From Mytilus trossulus (taxonomy: Eukaryota): DNA of 64,000 nt. Both the position numbers and the translations under genes were made by a program. The notes beneath the pieces were generated by a model. The model saw only the letters and a list, made by a program, of their open reading frames with translations, had not been told where the DNA came from and ran no database searches. The stretch lies in contig NC_086375.1 in assembly GCF_036588685.1 (NCBI RefSeq), positions 91,698,001-91,762,000 of the forward strand, in the 5' to 3' direction. This document shows positions 1 to 12,707 of this stretch, one piece after another (position 1 is the first letter of the stretch; each line of letters starts with the position of its first letter).

Positions 1-129
1 TCAAACGAATATTATTGAATCCACAGTACTGCAGACCTGCTAAACGAACAATAAGTTCAACTCTGGTCAATTGCACTAATTATTGTTCCACACAAGCCTA
101 CCAACAGGCAGCACTAAGAAAAAAGACTT

Positions 130-338
130 TAATATAAAAAAGAAGATTGGTATTATTGCCAATGAGACAAGTATCCACAATAGACCAAAATGACACAGAC
201 TAACAACTATAGGTCACCGTGCAGCCTTCAACAATGAACAAAGCCCATACTGCATAGTCAGCTATAGAAGGCCTCGATAAGACGATGTAAAACAGTTCAA
301 ACGAGAAAACTAACGGCCTTATTTATGTAAAAAAAATT
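130..338 (+). repeat. Abundant interspersed repeat family A (many copies in window)
   Basis: AAGAAGATGTGGTATGATTGCCAATGAGACAAC... consensus; copies at ~6755, ~9810, ~16940, ~25325 (+) and ~19498-19648, ~41345-41556, ~41742-41912, ~47480-47610 (-). Confidence 0.85.
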
Positions 339-365
339 ACAATACAATTTATTTCTTACTTTCAG

Positions 366-3300
366 AGGAGGTAGTACTGTGTGGTGATAGTACCTGTCAT
401 GATCAAGCTAGATGTGTATACAACAGTGACTTACAGAAACCTATGTGTGAATGTAATACAGGATTTTCTGGGGATGGAACAAGGTGTGACCCTATACGTA
501 AGTAACCATGTGTACAAGTATGTGCTTAAGCTGTATTAAACAGTTATGAATTTTCAGTGTGTAATCTTGAATTTTATAATCCAATTTAACATCAAGTTAT
601 TATGTAATACATTGAAGTCCAAATAATTGCTAGATTTGTCACAAGACATCATCTTCCTTTAATAGTTTCAATTTCAGAATTTATAGTTAGGGAATACAAC
701 TCATAGGTAGGACAACCTTGGTTCCTTCCTATTTAAATAAAATGGCACAAGGATCCATGGTGTTGAATCTAACAATCATTATATCCACGCTCCAACAGAT
801 TGTGGATGTACAGGTTCAACTTTCTGTAAGTGCTCCTGTCACAAATGGTGAAGAAGTTGTTTAAAGTCAAATTTATATGATAAACATGTAATGTTTATAA
901 AAATGGATTTTGCAAATGTAAATAAAGATTTAAATAATTTTGTTCTTACAAGAAAAATAAAGGAGTAGGTCCGGTAAGGACTGATTTTGGCCTCAAATTT
1001 CAGGTTAATCTGACGAAAGATTTTGACCACTTTTTAAACACTTAAGTGTCTGTTCCATATGATTCAATTAATTTATGTGAAAGATATTGACTTATTTAGT
1101 CGATAAAAACGATCCGATTCAAGCTAAAATATGAAAAATCTACCAAATATGCAAAAAAAATGTCAGTTTGTAGATGGTTTTTGTCAAAAACGAAAGTGGC
1201 CGCATCCGTGTTCATCCTCAATCTTTATATATGTTATGTATTATCATGAAATACAACTTCCATTTCAATATTTTGGATGAACACGAATGCGGCCACTTTC
1301 GTTTTACACAGAAACTGTCTAAAATTTAACTAAAATGCTGGAATTGAGAGATTTCAGTAATTATACCCCCGCTTTAAAAAAGGGAGGGTATACTGTTTTA
1401 CCTCTGTCTGTCCGTCCGTCCATCAGTCCGTCCATCAGTCCGTCCGTCCGTCAGTCAGTCATTCCTTCCCACGAGACTTTCGTCACATTTTTCTCAGGAA
1501 CTACACATCCACCCTTTCTGTAATTTGGTATCAACATTTATATATGTCAGCCATACTGTGTGATGCGTTTTCAGATTCATCACTTGACAACTTCCTGTTT
1601 ACCGAACACTTGTATGATTTTACACATGATAGCCAAGTTGAGAATTTTCGTCACATTTTTCTCAGGAACTACACATCCACCCTTTCTGCAATTTGGTATC
1701 AACATTTATATATGTCAGCTTTACCGTGTGATGCGTTTTCAGATTCATCACTCGACAACTTCCTGTTTACCGAACACTTGTATGATTTTACACATGATAG
1801 CCAAGTTGAAAATTTTCGTCACATTTTTCTCAGGAACTACAATACAAGGATTTCTGAAATTTGGTTTCAGGATTTATATAAGTCAGCTATACCGTGTGAT
1901 GCGTTTTCAGATTCATCACTCGTCAACTTCCTGTTTACCGAACACTTGCATATTTTTACACTATTAATACTATCCACTTGCGGCGGGGGTATCATCAGTG
2001 AGCAGTAGCTCGCAGTTTCACTTGTTTAGCATGACTTAATGGTGCTAGTACCCAATATATGTGCATTGTATTGTCAAAAACAGCCCATATTTATGTGACA
2101 GAACCATTCTTCTATCCAAAGAATAACTTAAAGTTTACATTTTAACAATTTTGTAAAACTGCTATATTTTTGGGCCAAAAAGTGGTCTTACCGGACCTAC
2201 TCCTTTGTTCTAGAAAGTTTACCAATTGCATATATGAATATATGATATGATATAAATAATTCCTAATTCCACTGTAGAATTTGGATGCAATGAAGTATCT
2301 GGAGTTTGTCACGAGGATGCTGAATGTGTATATGATGTGGATGACGAAAAGTACAAATGTCAATGCAACGATGGCTACAGTGGTGATGGTGTCAGCTGTG
2401 AACGTTCTGAAATAGGTTGGTTATCTGAAGTCATTAGTTACATTATGTGTTCTTATTTAGAAATTGTGTCTTGTTTTATCAAGCTGGTATGTTACGATGA
2501 CAGTCCTGTTTTATATTCCAAATGAATTGCAAACCTATGTATGTCTGCCTCATTAGGTCTAGTTGCATAAATATAATTTGCTTTATTGTGATGTTTGCCT
2601 ATAGATGTGTATGTCTGCCTGGGTTTACTTGCCTGTATATAATTTGTTTATTATTTCAGCTGACTGTAATTGTGATCGTAATGCTGAGTGCCTGTGGGAT
2701 ATTGTTATGTTTGCCTATAGATGTGTATGTCTTCCTGGGTATACGGGTGAAGGAAGAACATGTTCTCGTATAGGTAAGACTTATTTATTGCTGTGATTGA
2801 AGGTATAATAATCAGCTAAGTCGAATAACTTTACATATTTATATGGTTTTTTTTTTGTGATACTGAAAATCAAGTTCTTATAATACATGTAATTAGAAAA
2901 GTTACAAATGGATGGCTGCTAACCATTCAGTAGCAAACTTTACGTTTATTCAGGACAAGAGCATGTTATGTTTTATGAATATTCACCTTACTTTGCTCTT
3001 AAGAGACAGACTGATGCAGATTTTGTACCAGCTAGTTCACAAGTTAAAATTCAATTGGAACGACATGTCGCCCTACCTTAACACTCCATGCCTAGCAGTG
3101 TTTGCTATTACTCATTGATACTGCAAACTTAGCAGAGAAGGAGCAAATAATTTGTTTGAATCTGCCTTGGTTCAAACCCACAACCTTCAGCACTCGAGGA
3201 GTACACAAAACCACTGATACAGGAACAAAAAGAAGAGAAAATTTATTTCAATGCCATTCCTTGTTGTTTTTTTTTGTCATTTCATATACTGACGTGTTGA

Positions 3301-6300
3301 TACCATTCCTGGAGAAGGCTTGGCTTGAGGCATCATTGGTATGTGACAAGTGATGCCTTAAGGCATCATTGGGAATGAAACAGAAGAATATGTTTGTGTT
3401 TAAACATTTTGTCTTTCTGATTTTAATATGAAATTTGCCACTGGACATTGAACAAGAATACATCATCATTATTTAGAAAGTATTTTTAAGTAAAGCTTAT
3501 TCTGCATTATTCATTATAAGATATCCATATATGGACAGCATAAAATGTCTCCATTGGTTTCATAATGATTTATCAGATTTTGACTGCTGGTATGAATTTG
3601 TTTTACAGAAGTGCCCTCCGTATGTAGCAACTGCCATGTAAATGCTCGCTGTGTTTACGATGAGATCACGAGACGACATGAATGTGTGTGTTCTAAAGGC
3701 TGGACTGGTGATGGTACAGACTGTCAGATGGAAGACTGCCGTGTCACACAGAACTGTGATCCTAATGCTGACTGTGTCAATGATGTAATTGTTGGCAAAT
3801 TCAGATGCCTGTGCAAAAATGGATATATGGGTAAGATTAAACTTATTCTTATCATGAGAAAGTTGATAAATGGATCACTATTTTCATCCTTTCGCACACA
3901 TAGTAGAGATATTAACAGTTGAGGGCAATGTCACCCTGAACTGTGGTAAAAATCTCATCAAACTACCGGTATGTCTCAAATGAAATCACATTGTTTCAGA
4001 CAGAAATTGTTTCAAATTGTCAAATAGTTCCATTAGCGACAAAGAAATGATTTATTTGGTAATTCATTTTAACGTAATAATTCTTTTCTTCCATACAATC
4101 AAATTATCATTCACATGTTGCATTTTTAACAGAGCTTTGACAATGTAACTCATTGTGAACCAGAGGATTGTGAAATGAACTGCCTCCTTATAATTAGGGT
4201 TTGTCAATGCAAAGCCATCAATATTATGATATGTGTCACCTGCTAGTTGTGATTTTAAATAATTAAATTTCTGAATGTCTGGTAGACTTGGATTCATACT
4301 TACTGCTGATTTGAAAGAATCCCAGAAAGATTGTCATTCCAGAATATTTCAAATGAAACTGGGCAAATTTTCCTAATCAATTTCAGCTTATTCAAATCCT
4401 GGTCACGGCACCAAAATGTGGAGAATATGTGAATTAAAGAAGAAAACATTGCATATTATAATATGTTACTGATCTATATAGTGCCCTAAAATACAAGTGA
4501 CATGTCAGTCTTTACATTATAATATAAAAACTAAGTGACGTTACAGTGTTGTGTTTGCAGCGTAATTACACCATATACGAGGACTGTTTCATATTTCAGG
4601 TGATGGGTATCGTTGTGAACCTGATGGTTGTAACATGTACAATGACTGTTTAATATTTCAGGTGATGGGTATCGTTGTGAACCTGAGGGTTGTAACATTA
4701 ACAATGACTGTTTAATATTTCAGGTGATGGGTGTCCTTGTGAACCTAAGGGTTGTAACATGTACAATGACTGTTTAATATTTCAGGTGATGGGTATTGTT
4801 GTGAACTGGAGGGTTGTAACATGTACAATGACTGTTTAATATTTCAGATGATGGGTATTGTTGTGAACTGGAGGGTTGTAACATGTACAATGACTGTTTA
4901 ATATTTCAGGTGATGGGTATCGTTGTGAACCTGAGGGTTGTAACATGTACAATGACTGTTTAATATTTCAGGTGATGGGTATTGTTGTGAACTGGAGGGT
5001 TGTAACATGTACAATGACTGTTTAATATTTCAGGTGATGGGTATCGTTGTGACCCCGAGGGTTGTAACATGTACAATGACTGTGATATTAATGCCCAATG
5101 TGTTGTGGATAGTAGAGTGAATAGATATAGATGTGTGTGTAATACTGGATATGATGGGGATGGTAAAGTTTGTATATCAAGAGGTAAATATGACAGATTT
5201 TAACAGATTGTCAAATTGTTAATTTATTCATTATTTTACGGTCATAAGACAAACTGAGACAAATAAAATGAATCATAAGAAACAAGAATGTGTCCATAGT
5301 ACATGGATGCCCCACAAGACTTTCATTTGCTATGTTCACTGGACCATGAAATTGTGGTCAAAACTCTAATTTGATATTTAGATCATATAGATCTTATAGG
5401 AAACATGTGTACAAAGTTTCAAATTGATTGAATGTCAACTTCATCAAAAATTACCTTGACAAAATTTTTCTGAAGCAGGACAGACATATGAGTGGACAGA
5501 ATAATTCTTAACTTTATTTGGGAAAAATTGATTTATCAATAGGGATATATGTAAAAATCAATTTAAGATATACAAAACTTGCAGAATTTTAACCCCCCAC
5601 CCCCAAACTATTTGATTTAAGTTTTTTATCCTACATCGTCCTTTTGATGTCGTCCCTTAGTACCCTGGGGAGATGAAAGGTCCAAAAGTTTAGACTTCAA
5701 ATTTGAAAAGGTAAAAGTGTCTCATGCATTACAAGAACTGGAGCATTGGCAGTTATGCATGATATAATCTTGCCTATGTCAATATTGTTTTGAAAATAAA
5801 AAGTTAGATAATACCCTTATAACATATGCAATAAATGATATATTTATTATGTTTTCAGTGGTGCCCTGTAACCAAGTAAACAACTGTGGACCTAATTCTC
5901 AATGTTTGTATGATCCTGATTCCTCGTCATACAGATGTCGATGTTCAGCAGGCTATCAGGGAGATGGACACAGATGTGAACCTAGAGGTAAACAAAACAC
6001 TTTATGATATGCACTTGTAATATTGTTTATAAGAAAAAAACAAAATAAATTGTGTTCAGACTGATAGATGATATTTAGATTGTTATAGATTATCTTTGAT
6101 CATCTCAACAAGATTGATTTTCTGGCTTGAGCCAGTTCGGCAAAAGTGAGAAAAGCAGTCGTTGAGATGACCAATGATAATCTGTTTATCGCTGTTTACC
6201 TATGTTGCCCTTGTTTATTTCATTGACAACAGGCACATGCACCCCCTTAGTTTCTAGCATCACTCTACTATGCTGAGAAAGGAAATTACCAGTCAGAAAG

Positions 6301-9300
6301 ATCAAAGAAAAATTTCATTTAATAGCAATAATACACATTATTTTTGTCAGCTTGTAGTTTAAAGTGTGTAGATAAAATACTTGAAATGACATCTACTCAG
6401 CCTTTTAAGATTTATTGCAACATCATAAACTTCTGTTTTATGTCAAAAGAACAAAGGTTTCTTAAAAAAAAAACCTCAACATTATGAATCTGTATGTTCA
6501 TTTTGTGAACTTTGAATTCACTTGTATTATGCATGAACATAAAACTGCTCAGTTAAAAATCTTTATCGTAATGATGAACACTGAAATGGATGTAATATTG
6601 TTATTTAGGTTTGGACTCCTGTAGAAGAGACCCCAGAGTGTGTGACAGACATGCCAGTTGTATATTGAATGTAGATATTTATTCCTGTGTATGTAATGAT
6701 AATTACAGAGGAGATGGAAGAAGATGTGAACGTAAGTTTACTGTAAATATGCAATAATGTGGTATGATTGCCAACAAGACATCTATCCACCAGGGTTGAA
6801 AATGAAGTGGTAATAAGCAATTATAGGCCTCCACATGGTCTTCACCAAGACCACAACAATTGTTTTATAACCAACAAACTTTGTCAATCAAAACATGCCA
6901 AAGGGAGATAATTTCTCTCTTTCACTTGTTACATCTAGGATTTTTTTGTGCAAACCTGTTTAAAAGAAAAGAAATAATGTTTTTAAAGCTTGTTGTATGT
7001 ACATTAGATTAAGTGATATTGTTACTTTTTTCTTTCATTATAGATGTATCATTAGAAACATGATTTGACTGTATTTTTGTCTTTTTAGCTATGAGTAACA
7101 GAGATAACTATTTACTGTTTAGTAGAGGTTACACTATACACAAAGTACCTTACATACAGACTGAGGATGATATGGGGGCAAGAGTACTTTATAAACCAGG
7201 TAATACACAATTTTATATCTTTGTAACATTATTGATAAAAATTGATGTATGAAACAACCACACATTTTGTTGTTGAAAGACGTAATTTGATTTAGCCTGA
7301 AAATATCTGCTTTTTTTTTCTTTCCTGTGAGAGATTTTGCGTCTGTAAAAAATAGATCAGCATCTCTGTTACAAAAACTCAAGAGGTACTTAACATGAAG
7401 TAGAGCAACTAACTTTCTGTCCCTTTCGAAATTATGTACAATTGGAGGCAACTATCATTGTACCTAATTGATAATGCCTTGTATGAGATTGCTTCCCTTT
7501 GATACTTCATCTGGGTTTAAATTACCATGTGGTTTTAAGCAAAAGAGCATGTTCCAGCCATCTTTATTGGGGTTCAGGTGCTTTATATTGACACTTTGTT
7601 CATTGTAGCTTATTGATACCATGCTTGGTATTACTATATTTGAATGCATTATTATAATACACAATTTCGCCAAACACTATAAGTTGTCAATTTATTATGT
7701 TGTGGCTAGAATATAGTCCTAAGTTTTCCCAGGAAATTCAGCAGAGCAAAATGGTAATTGTGCAAAGATTTGAACCTATTTCCTCTAACTACTGTATAGA
7801 TCCTTCAGGAAAATATGCAGAAACTACACCTTAATTTCTTTATAGAAATGGTGTAACTTTGCATACCGTTACATGTATCAATTCTAAAATTTCAAATTGA
7901 GATGATCCATGCAGATATTAGTAAAAATTCAACTTTCAGACAACTTACTAATTGAGAAATATTTTGAGCAATTGAGGAGTTAATAGTTAGATTAACAGTA
8001 TTTCTTCTGTTTTCCAGATGAGTTGATTATTGATGTGGATACAGATTGTGTGGATGGAGATATTTACTGGACTGATGTTTCTGGTGGGAAAATAAGTAGA
8101 GCAAAACTGGATGGTTCTAATGAAACAGTCGTTGTTAGTGGTTAGTAATCATAACTGTTTCTCAAAGTGCAAAAATGACAACAGTAGCTAGAAAAGTTTT
8201 ATAATGAAGGTTTAAGAAATATGCTAGAGTGTTGGGTAGCCATTGAATATGATTTTGTAAGATACATTAGAAGTGTACATTAAAATGTCCACTAAAAGTC
8301 ACACATGGCATAAAAGACAACCATGGTTGTCGCTCAAGCTTTATATTCTATGAGTGGTGATATTATTTGTTTTAAAAAGGAATTGCCTTCAACTGATTGT
8401 TTAGGTGTTCAAGACTAAATTTGTATTTTATAGATCAGAGTTCACCTGAAGGTATTGCTGTTGACTGGTTGTCTAGAAACTTGTTCTGGACAGATTCAGG
8501 TTTAGATATTATTCAAGTGTCAATGCTGAATGGAACATACAGGAAAACTTTAGTGTCAGAAGATTTAGTCAATCCTAGAGCCATTGTTGCTGATCCTAAC
8601 CAAGGGTAAATTTTATAATGAAAACTAAGACTTGCAGTTGATATTCACATTATTATTACACATCAATGCAATATGGAAACAAGTAATATTTAGGTGTATT
8701 ATACTTCTATTTAAAATGACAAAAAATGATTGGTCAGTGCAAGGGAGATATTCTACTATATTTCATGGCTCATCTTATTTAACCCTTCACAGAGATCCTT
8801 GATCAATGTTGTACTTTATGACGTCATAGTTTATTTCTTTCAAATAAAATTTAAAAGACATTCATAAGAAAACATTCAGCTTAAAACATTATGTTACACA
8901 TATCTGAGATTTGATAATGTTTTCTCAGGGTAACAATTGATATGCTGTATCACTCTCTCAGCTATGTGGTATTAATTTATATAATGTACAAAGTTTTGAT
9001 CTGGCATAGAAATCTTGAAAAATCTGGGCTTACAAAAACTAAGGGCATACAATACAGGTACAGGGGAGGTAATGACGTTGCTAATGTAAAATGTTATTTT
9101 CGTGACGTCAAACTATGACATATCAGGAAAAGATGCATTTTTCGACTTATTTTTATCATTCAAATTGATTTATTTTGAAAAAGAGTGCATGGACTCCTTT
9201 AAAACAACATTTTTGTTTCATTTTGCAGGGAGATTATGTGGACCAAATTTTATAAAACTGTAAATAGTGCAACTTTTGAATATACAGCAAAAAATTACGT

Positions 9301-12300
9301 TTTTTTCTCAATTCATGACCATTTGATAAATATGAGTTATTTCTGAAAAAAAATGCATAATTTTTTTAGGATACTTATAAAATACAGAAATTATAAATTA
9401 TTTAACAAAAAAACAATTTGTGTTTATCTTTTAAAACAAAAAAGGAATGGCTCTCTTTCCAAAGTAAAGATACGTCCGCAAATCCAAATTTTGAGCAAAT
9501 ATACAAAATTTCTACCTCATTTAACTAAAAACGGAGCACATGAAGGTATATTTTTTATTACATATTTGATTTAATAGGCCAAAAAATAGCCTATATGGAA
9601 ATTTTCATCAAACTGTAAATACGGGATCAAAACTGTATCCTATACCCTTAAAAAGCAAGTAGCATGGTAGGCTAGTCATTTCTTAAGTGGCAAACATTTC
9701 ATAGTTATAATATAGTTTTACACTGTTTAATAGTAAATGAAGTTGGTTGTTATTTTTTATCATAAAGTTTATAAAGTCATAAAAGTTTTACGATATTCAT
9801 TTTTAAAGATATGGAGATGTGGTATAATTGCCAATATATGGTATATGGTTCACTGGATCAATATCCACCAAAGTTCAAATTAAGTTTATGGAAGCAATTA
9901 TAGGCAAGCATATGGCCTTCAACAATGAGAAAAAACCCATATTGTATGGTCAAGCTATGAGAGGCCATTTAATTCATTATTTTCCATTTCATCAAGACAT
10001 TTGATTTTAAGATAAGAACTGTGTTATTATTTGCAGAATGATATACTGGACAGATTGGAACAGAGGCGCACCAAAGATAGAGAAGGCTTACATGGACGGA
10101 ACACATAGAGAAGTCCTGGTAGATACAGACCTAGGACTACCTAATGGACTGGCCCTAGACTTTTATACCAATCAACTTTGCTGGGGTGATGCTGGTCAGT
10201 TTTCATCTCTTTAAATTTGTCTTCTGTAAAAACAAATATATTTGCCAATGATTCAGTTTTTATTGTTTTAAGTTTTATTTTTATGCTCATCAATCTTTTC
10301 AATTTTGTTTAAGACAAATAAATCTGATGACAATAATTATTTGTTTGAGAAGTTTGTGCCCTGCAAATTTAAAATTCAGCTGTAGAAAATGCATAAATTA
10401 AAATTACTTTTCTCATTTTGAAACGTTAAAGTAAAAACATGGAAATGGAAAATGTGTCAAAGAGACAACAACCCGACCATAGATAAGACACCAGCCAAAG
10501 GCCACCAATAGGGGGTGTTTAAAGATAAAGAAAAACAAACTATAATTCAAACTTTTAGATGTTAGTAAATGTAGCATGGTATCTCTTATCTATACAATTT
10601 TCCAATTTATATTTCCAATACTGTGATAGTACTTTAATTCGTGGGTATCAATTTTCGTGGTTTGAGCAATATTTACATGTTCGTGGGTTTTTAAATTCGT
10701 GGATTTTAGTTTTCTAAAAAAAAATTAGAAAAATTAAAGCCATTAGAAACGAAGGTTACAAATAGTTTGAATTGAAGGAAATTGCAAAGTAAACATTGAT
10801 CCTGTAAATCATAGTGACAACACTAATTAACCCAAGATAAAGTGATCAACAGATTAAGGACCATCAAAGGTGTTAGTTAGGCCATAAACATGTCACCTAA
10901 AGAAATCAGTATCATAAACAAATGATTTTAGTGTATCTATAGTTATCAAATAATTCTTATCAAAATCAAGCCCAGCGTTAAATTATTATTTCGCATATGT
11001 ACGAGAACTATGAGGATATAAAATGAACTCTTTATCATACTTGCATATCAATACCGGAAATCTGACTTTCATCGAAAAAAAACCTTGTTTTATGAAAATT
11101 AATAGATCATAAGTTGTACAGTTTAGGTTATCAAAGATTAAATGGGTATAATCCTGCATACAATTGTAGTTCTGTTGCTGCTATTAAATTATTCTCAGTT
11201 TCGAGGTTATTCAATATATTCTCTAGATCATATACGTAGTCAAACCTTCATGGGGATCTTTCCATGTCTTGATTTGGACAATGGTTGTTTTTTTTCGTTG
11301 GACACTTAAATTCGTGGATTAAGTCATCCACGAAAACCACGAAAATTGGTACCCCACGAATAAAAGTACTTTCACAGTACATGAAATGCTAAGAATTTAT
11401 ATAAATGACTACTGATTGTAGGTACAAGAACAATAGAATGTATAAGAACAGATGGTGTAGGTAGAGCCATACTGACAGATGAAGCACCTTATCCATTTGG
11501 TTTGACATTCTCTGGCAGCAGCATATACTGGTCAGATTGGACCATGTGAGTTTTAAATAATGGTAGTTGTTGGCTAACAAATTATTTTAACCTTTTTTGT
11601 ATTCTTACAAGAATCTTTTCTAACTGTGTGTGTAAAGTTTTCCTCAATCAGGTCTTGATATTTTAGCTTTCCATAATGTGAAACTCATGTATGCCATTTC
11701 ATAATTGAAATTCAGCGGATAGTTCGGCTAGACATATACCAAAATATATGACTTATGTTCTGATGTCTTCATCTTAGCCTACTTCCAGGATTTAGTAACT
11801 TAAATAATTTATATGCATGATTCAGCAATATTAGAGTCTTAATTGATAAATAGATATATATGATTAGAACTTCATTATTGAAATATTTTCAGTTTCATAT
11901 GTAAAACTTGTCACTAAAGGGAAGCCTTATCATTTCAGATCAAATGGTGTATCAAGTGTAAATCGTAACGGCCAAGTATCAGATAAATCTTTAAGTTTAC
12001 CTATCGGAGGAAATGGTAAATTGTATGGTATAACAGCAGTCAGAGCTCAATGTCCAAGAAGTAAGTTATATATTTTAACCCATGTATTAAAATAATATAG
12101 TCAGATTTGAAATAAATATATCTTAATCTAGATGTTGATTCTTAAGTAAATGTCTGCATGTTAAACAATATTTTGAACGCAAAGTGGAAAGGGATTAATA
12201 TAAGATGTAAAACTTGTTTCCCAATCCACTATAAATAAATATGTTTAAACTAATATTTTGAAAAATAAATGGCAAACTTACCAAAGAAAGGACCCAAAAA

Positions 12301-12707
12301 ATACAACCTATTTGTTAAACAGCTAATTTAAGATTCCAAAAACAAGTTTTCTTGCACCAAAATATTTGTGTCCACTGTAGATATAGGGGTTCAGTTAATT
12401 ATGTAAATTCTGAATTAATGCAAACTGAATAAATTTAGTGTGGTCATTATGGTTTTCTTTCATATCAAATCTAAAACCTAAAGATATTGTAGAAAATGAC
12501 ATTCTAAACATTGTTGTATTTACTACTCATGTGTGAGGTCTGATGATGTGACTATTTATATTTACAGTAAACAATGCGTGTGCCAGGAACAATGGAGGCT
12601 GTACATTCCTTTGTTTACCCACCCCTAATGGTGGCAGAACCTGTACCTGTCCTGATGATATAGACCCTGAGAGATGTAATCAAGTAGCTCTACTTAGAAA
12701 AAGATAA
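366..12707 (+). CDS. NID: Nidogen/entactin-like basement-membrane protein, 3' part (8 EGF repeats, YWTD beta-propeller G3, terminal EGF); gene starts upstream of the window
   Basis: Phase-consistent GT-AG exons: 366-497, 2278-2415, 2660-2773, 3609-3830, 5034-5183, 5859-5987, 6609-6731, 7089-7199, 8018-8140, 8434-8605, 10037-10194, 11422-11545, 11939-12060, 12568-12707 (TAA). Translation gives EGF motifs (CxCxxGYxGDGxxC), then [64 protein letters not shown] and [18 protein letters not shown], the nidogen G3 + EGF pattern. Confidence 0.88.
961..2204. mobile_element. Non-autonomous TIR DNA transposon (Kolobok/T2-like MITE), interrupted by a HINE insertion
   Basis: TIRs AGGAGTAGGTCCGGTAAG / CTTACCGGACCTACTCCT; an uninterrupted ~545-bp sister copy lies at 49179-49722. 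Superfamily inferred from purine termini next to TTAA-like flanks. Confidence 0.75.
1361..2026 (+). mobile_element. Helentron-associated interspersed element (HINE/DINE-1/pearl-like) with 168-bp internal tandem repeats
   Basis: Sub-terminal IR ATACCCCCGC (1363) / GCGGGGGTAT (1983), GTCC/GTCA microsatellite ~1405-1460, 168-bp units starting 1481, 1649, 1817, 3' stem-loop, insertion in a T-run with no TSD (empty site in the sister MITE at ~49545). Confidence 0.85.
4178..4545 (-). mobile_element. Degenerate BEL/Pao LTR retrotransposon remnant (short LTR, PBS, gag fragment)
   Basis: Minus strand: TGTAAC...CA at 4545-4417, PBS TGGTGCCGTGACCAGGAT (4413-4396, complementary to the tRNA-His 3' end), then gag DUF1759-like peptide [48 protein letters not shown] with an in-frame stop. 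Confidence 0.8.
4582..5083 (+). repeat. 62-bp tandem repeat x8 spanning an intron/exon junction of the nidogen gene
   Basis: Units start 4582, 4644, 4706, 4768, 4830, 4892, 4954, 5016; consensus GACTGTTTAATATTTCAG|GTGATGGGTATCGTTGTGAACCTGAGGGTTGTAACATGTACAAT. Confidence 0.97.
9043..9647. mobile_element. Kolobok-like MITE
   Basis: Imperfect TIRs GGGCATACAATACAG / CTGTATCCTATACCC flanked by CTAA and TTAA. Confidence 0.65.
10621..11377. mobile_element. Tc1/mariner-type MITE
   Basis: About 40-bp imperfect TIRs CTGTGATAGTACTTTAATTCGTGGG... / ...CCCACGAATAAAAGTACTTTCACAG with TA on both sides; a related right end sits at window positions 1-28. Confidence 0.75.

Noticed and set aside
1544-2008. 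Overlapping 154-aa and 135-aa ORFs with internal repeats
   Set aside because: By-product of the 168-bp (multiple of 3) tandem units of a HINE; no protein motifs.
4582-5083. CRISPR-like appearance of the 62-bp and 67-bp (56471-56872) arrays
   Set aside because: Head-to-tail repeats with no unique spacers, no cas genes, eukaryotic intronic context.
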